DNA of 64,000 nucleotides from Plasmodiophora brassicae (Eukaryota): NCBI GenBank assembly GCA_036867785.1, contig CP145412.1, positions 372,001 to 436,000 of the forward strand, read 5' to 3'. Shown piece by piece: positions 59,339 to 64,000 of this stretch (position 1 is its first letter; each line of letters starts with the position of its first letter). The notes under the pieces were generated by a model. It saw only the letters and a program-made list of their open reading frames with translations, ran no database searches and was not told where the DNA came from. The position numbers and the translations under genes were made by a program.

Positions 59339-60250
59339 ATGGCCCCGCAGCGACGACGGGCGCTGCGCTCGTCCCGCAGCGCAAGCCATGGTCCGTCGCA
59401 GTCACCCAGGAAGGCGCCCGTCGTCACCCAGGGCATTGTCCTGGACTGCCCGCAAATCCAGCGCCTGTACCCTTCCCTGGTTGGCGCCGTTGTCGACTTG
59501 GTCGCCGTTGATCATGTGCATTGCATCGTGCAGCCTGCTCCCCCCTGTGCCGACACGCGCCAGTATCGCATCCCGATGAAAACCTTCCTGGCGCAGTCAG
59601 AGACGTTTGAAGTATTGACGCCTCTCGATGCATCACCGTCGGCGTCACCGCCACAGTCGCCGACAGCAACGTCGCCGACGACCTCACATACTGACGAATC
59701 TGCCGGCAGTGCCCCGAACGATACCGTCGGCAACGGCACCAACAACGGCAAGAATGGCGCTGTAACGAAATCGTCGCCTACCAGCGATGCTGTTGCAACG
59801 TTGATGGAGGAAACCGCCATGCAGTTGACGGCACTGGCGACGACACCGACGCGGTCGCTGAGGACGAAACGAGTGACGACGTCCAAGGTGGAACGGTACG
59901 ACCCCGGTCAGACGGGCCGTGTGATGACGCCGACGACGAAACGACGTCGATCGCGATCTGTCTGCCCGGTCTGTGTGGGCCCGTGGGACTCAGAGCCCAT
60001 GATCCAATGTGACATGTGCCGGCAATGGATCCACGGGAGATGTGAAGATGACATTGACGACGATGACGATATCGAAGAGGAATACTCCGACAGGGCGTAT
60101 TCATGTCCGCTGTGCCGGGAGGCGACTCATGCCCAAGCCCAGGACGTCTTCAAGAGCATTTGCATTCTTGTTGCATCAATCCAGGAGACCAGACGCCAGA
60201 AACGTATTCAGATGCGCCCTCCCGATCGGATGGCCATCGAGAACCAATGA
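59339..60250 (+). CDS. PHD-finger protein
   Basis: CPVC...MIQCDMCRQWIHGRC...YSCPLC (C4HC3); likely ATG 59339. Confidence 0.85.
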   Translation: MAPQRRRALRSSRSASHGPSQSPRKAPVVTQGIVLDCPQIQRLYPSLVGAVVDLVAVDHVHCIVQPAPPCADTRQYRIPMKTFLAQSETFEVLTPLDASPSASPPQSPTATSPTTSHTDESAGSAPNDTVGNGTNNGKNGAVTKSSPTSDAVATLMEETAMQLTALATTPTRSLRTKRVTTSKVERYDPGQTGRVMTPTTKRRRSRSVCPVCVGPWDSEPMIQCDMCRQWIHGRCEDDIDDDDDIEEEYSDRAYSCPLCREATHAQAQDVFKSICILVASIQETRRQKRIQMRPPDRMAIENQ

Positions 60251-60399
60251 CCCTGGCACGCTGTTGGATCACATATATCAGTATAAATCTGTTTAAGCCT
60301 GCCTTGAGCACGCTCGCACTGCCAGTCGTTTATGCTCGCTGGTTTATCACAGCAGAGCAGTCGTACATAAATGGGCAGTTTAGACAATAGTATGTTGGC

Positions 60400-62119
60400 T
60401 TAGTCAGAGACGGGCCGGCCATCGTCACCATCGTCATCATAGGTCAGCATGTTGAACATGTTGTTGTCGAAGATGGTCCGCCCCATGGTCGTGTCGCTGA
60501 CCGCACGAACATGGGCAACTGGTGTCGCGATCTTCGTTGATGTCGTTGCAACCCGGGGCGATATGCCCGACAATGTCACCGATAGCGCACGTGGCACGGC
60601 CCGTTGACGTTGTCTCCTGCGTCGATACCTTCGTACGATGGCCGAGCCAGGCGTCAAGCCCACTGCCGCGCCCGTACCGGGCACCTTCAGGGCGCCCAGC
60701 GCAACCGTACTAATGGCAACGACAACGACCACGATGATGGCACCTAAGCCGTACGTCATCATGGTCAGTTGCCGGTTGATGCGGTCGTACGCTCGGCTTA
60801 GGTCGGCCAGTTGCCGCCGAAGCAGCAGAATCGTGGCCGTCGACGCGTTTGTCGTCTCGACAGCACTTGCCAGCAGGGCCTGCACTGATCGATGACGTTG
60901 CACGAGAGCGGCATCCATCGACAGGACCGCCGATTCCAATTTGGCGACGGTTTCCGACAATGAATTGCTGAGGCGCTCGACAGCGGCGTTGGACAGCGAT
61001 TGGTTGACCTCCAGAACCTTGATGCGGTTCGTCAGCTTCATGACTACGTTCTGTTGCTGTTGCTGCTGCTGCTGCTGCTGTTGCTGCTGCTGTTGGCGAT
61101 GCATTGTCTCTGTAGTGGACAATGTCGAAGCAGTTCTGTCGGGCGCCGTCGACTCTGGGCATGTCGGGTTGTGAAACGCGTCCCAGATGGGATCGCTTGG
61201 AACCGGGCAGGTGGCCTCCATCCAGACCTGCATGGACGTTCGCACGGGGGCTGGCACGATCACGGCGGGCGGTGTCGCCTGCTGATCAAGCACGCGGTCG
61301 AGCGTCTCGAGCAGGCGCGACCCGTAGACCTTGAGCGAGTTCAGCGTGCAGACCTGCTCGGTGCTGCCATGATGGGACAGCAGGCGCAGCTTCAGGTATC
61401 GCACTGTCACTGGGCTACGAACGCAGAAGTTCTGCTCGTCCATGGTGTTGGCCGCCCGGAAGTTCCTGTACCATGCATACGCCATCAGCTGCCAGGCATG
61501 GCATGAGGGCGTCCCGCGTACCGTACCCGAGCAGGACCCATTGCGGAGTCGGGAACCGGTCGCTGCCAAGCACCTGGAAGTGCTCGACGCCAGCCGCGTA
61601 ATGCTCCCTGCTGGTCGTCGATATGACCGACACCTCGATGTCTTCCGACAGTTGCAGGACGAGCCACTTCGACGGCAACGAGCACGACGACGACATGTAC
61701 TTGTCGCTGTCGGTCTGCAGTATTCGGTCGGCGCCTTTGATGCCCGGGGCCGACGCCAGCACCGATGCACCGGCCTCGGCCGCGGCGAAGTTGAACCGTT
61801 CGCGAATCTGCTCGACCTGGCACGGCTCGTCGACAGTTAGGGCAGGGGGCGGCACCTGTGCCGCTGCCGACGGCTGATCCGCCTCGGCAGGTGTGCTGGG
61901 CAGATGCGGCTCCTGAGACGCGTGTTGCCCGGCGGGACACCTGTCGAACGTTCGCCCGGCAGGGCACATGTCGGGGCCCGCGGCCGGTGGCGCCGCACGA
62001 CGACCTCCTGTCGGTGTCGCTGACGATCGCCTGGGGCGCTCTATTGCCACGGGTATGGCTGCGTTGACGATTAGCACGAGAGCAATGATCAGCAAGACGT
62101 AGACGCCGGTGCCGCTCAT
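60400..62119 (-). CDS. Mid-SUN domain membrane protein (Slp1/SUCO-like); exons 62119-61527 and 61465-60400
   Basis: Hydrophobic N-terminus, RFNFAAAEAGASVL...DSDKYM, LKLRLLSHHG...CTLNSLKVYG, RIKVLEVNQSLS coiled coil, poly-Q, C-terminal TM; 61-nt GT-AG intron keeps the frame (1659 nt). Confidence 0.88.
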
Positions 62120-62298
62120 GACCAGAGAGACGCAGAGGAGCGCGCGCGTCACCCGCCTCCGCAATCCGCCGGTGCCGCGCCCACACACGGCACCGCACCG
62201 CCGCGACACTGACTTTGCTTTCTCTGCCCAACCCCGAGCCTACCTGTACATATCTATTCGATTTGGAGGTCGCACAACTTACCGACCAGTTGCCTGTC

Positions 62299-63978
62299 TT
62301 ATTGTGCGGCACCCGGGCGAACGGCACGGCTCGCCACCTCACGTTCGTACATGGCCCGCCACCGACCCGATTCCCGTTCGCGCTCTTTCAACGCCTTCTT
62401 GGTCGATGCGACCTGCTTGACCAGGCGCTGCCAGCGCTCCCTGTCGACGCTGTCGTTGCCGTTCCCGTTCTCCGCGTCGTCCTCCAGGGTGTTGCCCATC
62501 TGCAGGGCACGTTTGGCACGCTGCACAAGCCGAACCGTCAGTACATGTCGGCTTCCGTTATCGTCCCGTAGACGGCGCGTGCTACCTCGGCGGTCTCGGC
62601 GCGTGACCTTAACGCTTTGACATCGTCGCGCAGTTCGCCAATTGTTCGTGCATCCTCAACATGTCGTAGGAGCAGAGTCCTCGATTCTTCCTGCAGACGG
62701 CCTACCTCGGCTCGTAGGTCCTCGACCAGTGCGCCCGCTTCATCGGCTTCTTTCTCCAGGGCCGCACAGTGCTCCAGGCTGTGCAACAGGTGTTAGCAGT
62801 GCCACCGCTGTCGCATTACTAGACAGAAGATACGACCTTGCGCTGAGCTCTGCCTTGTGCGAGTCGTGCTCGACGCGTAGCCGATCAATGGTCGCCAGTG
62901 CAGACTGGAGCCTGGCCTCGACAGCTTCCCGCTCGTCGTGCTCTCGGGAGCATGCTGCACGGGCTCGTTCCCCCGCCTCCGTCTCCTGGTCGCGCTGCTG
63001 GCGCAGGTCGTCTAGGTCCTGCTGAAGCTCCAGCAGGTTCTGTTCGGCACGGGACGCGCGCATGGCATCGCCCGCTAGACAGTGAGCCTCCGCGCGTGCC
63101 GCCTCCACTTCCGCGTTCAGCTCGTCGATGACGATCTCCTGGCGGCGCACCCTGCATCCCAGGTTGTCGGCAATGTCCTGGCAGCGCCGTACAATATCTT
63201 GGATGGCCGCTTCGCACTGCTTCCCGCGATCGGCCTCCCGGGCAAGCGCGACCATGCCCGCCTGCACGTCCTCGCTGACGGCGCTCATGGCCCTGTTCTG
63301 CTGTTCCTGCCGGGCTTGCATGTCGTCGACCTGCATGACGAAATGGTGCATACGGGTCAGCGCCTCAGAAGGGTCCACGGCGGTCGACGCGGACGCCCGG
63401 TTGCGCTGTGCCTGACGCGTCAACGTCGCAATGACGCGTTCCATCTCCTGGATCTGATGTCTGGCGGCATCCACGTCGGCCGTCGAGGAGCGTACGCGAG
63501 CTTCGGCCTGTTCCGCTCTGTGTATGGCATCCTGCAGGGTGGACCCCGATCCAGCATCGCCTGCCGCGCAAGTCGCCAGCAGGATCTCGTCCAGGGCATC
63601 GTTCCTGTACCGCTGCAGCTGCAGCTGGCTGCTGAGATCCGACACGCGCGCATCGGCGTCACACAGCAGCCGTGCATGCATGGCCGTCATATGCGCGATG
63701 TGATCCTGCACGTCGACACGTTCTGCGCCGGCATACGACGCCAGGTCCGCATACCGGCGCTGCCACGACGCGATGGTCGCCTCCAGACGACACGTGTCAG
63801 CATCGCGTGCATGAGCGTCCTCGACTGCCCCGGTGTGGACCCGATCGATCATGGATCGTGCTCGCAGCATGTGGTCGATGTCGTCGCATGCCGCCGCCAT
63901 GACAGGACAGGGGCGGGTGCCGTCAGATCGAGCCGCATGAAACGATGGCGGTTGCCCCCTGCCTCCGGCGTCAACCAA
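62299..63978 (-). CDS. Spliced coiled-coil protein of unknown function (limits approximate)
   Basis: Heptad-rich ORFs 62740-63978, 62538-62786 and 62299-62526, linked by plausible short introns. Confidence 0.6.
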
Positions 63979-64000
63979 AAAAATCCATCGTCCTGCAATC

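Overview
Eukaryotic, GC-rich DNA with short (~50-60 nt) GT-AG introns; by inference a compact protist genome (plasmodiophorid/oomycete-like), but the organism cannot be confirmed from sequence alone. Positions 1-58.2 kb are an almost continuous nest of transposable elements whose boundaries can be read from LTRs, TIRs and target-site duplications (TSDs). It contains three related Ty1/Copia elements, one unrelated truncated Copia, four Ty3/Gypsy elements (a chromodomain is visible in three), two solo LTRs, a DD39D mariner, a pogo, Tc1/IS630-like elements, PIF/Harbinger elements, a 20.6-kb CACTG-ended EnSpm/CACTA element and several MITEs. One 10-bp minisatellite (TTATGACGCC)n is split into three pieces by these insertions. 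Ordinary host genes (PHD finger, mid-SUN, coiled-coil) start at ~59.3 kb. Most interesting: (i) all four Gypsy elements lack a TGG-type primer-binding site and instead have a perfect 10-12 bp palindrome, different in each family, overlapping the last LTR base; (ii) the three related Copia elements have a PBS matching a tRNA-Asn(GTT) anticodon arm, implying half-tRNA priming with a non-Met tRNA; (iii) one Copia has its RT-RNaseH replaced by an antisense Gypsy pol fragment; (iv) the pogo carries an intact second gene. All alignments were done by eye; no database searches were run.
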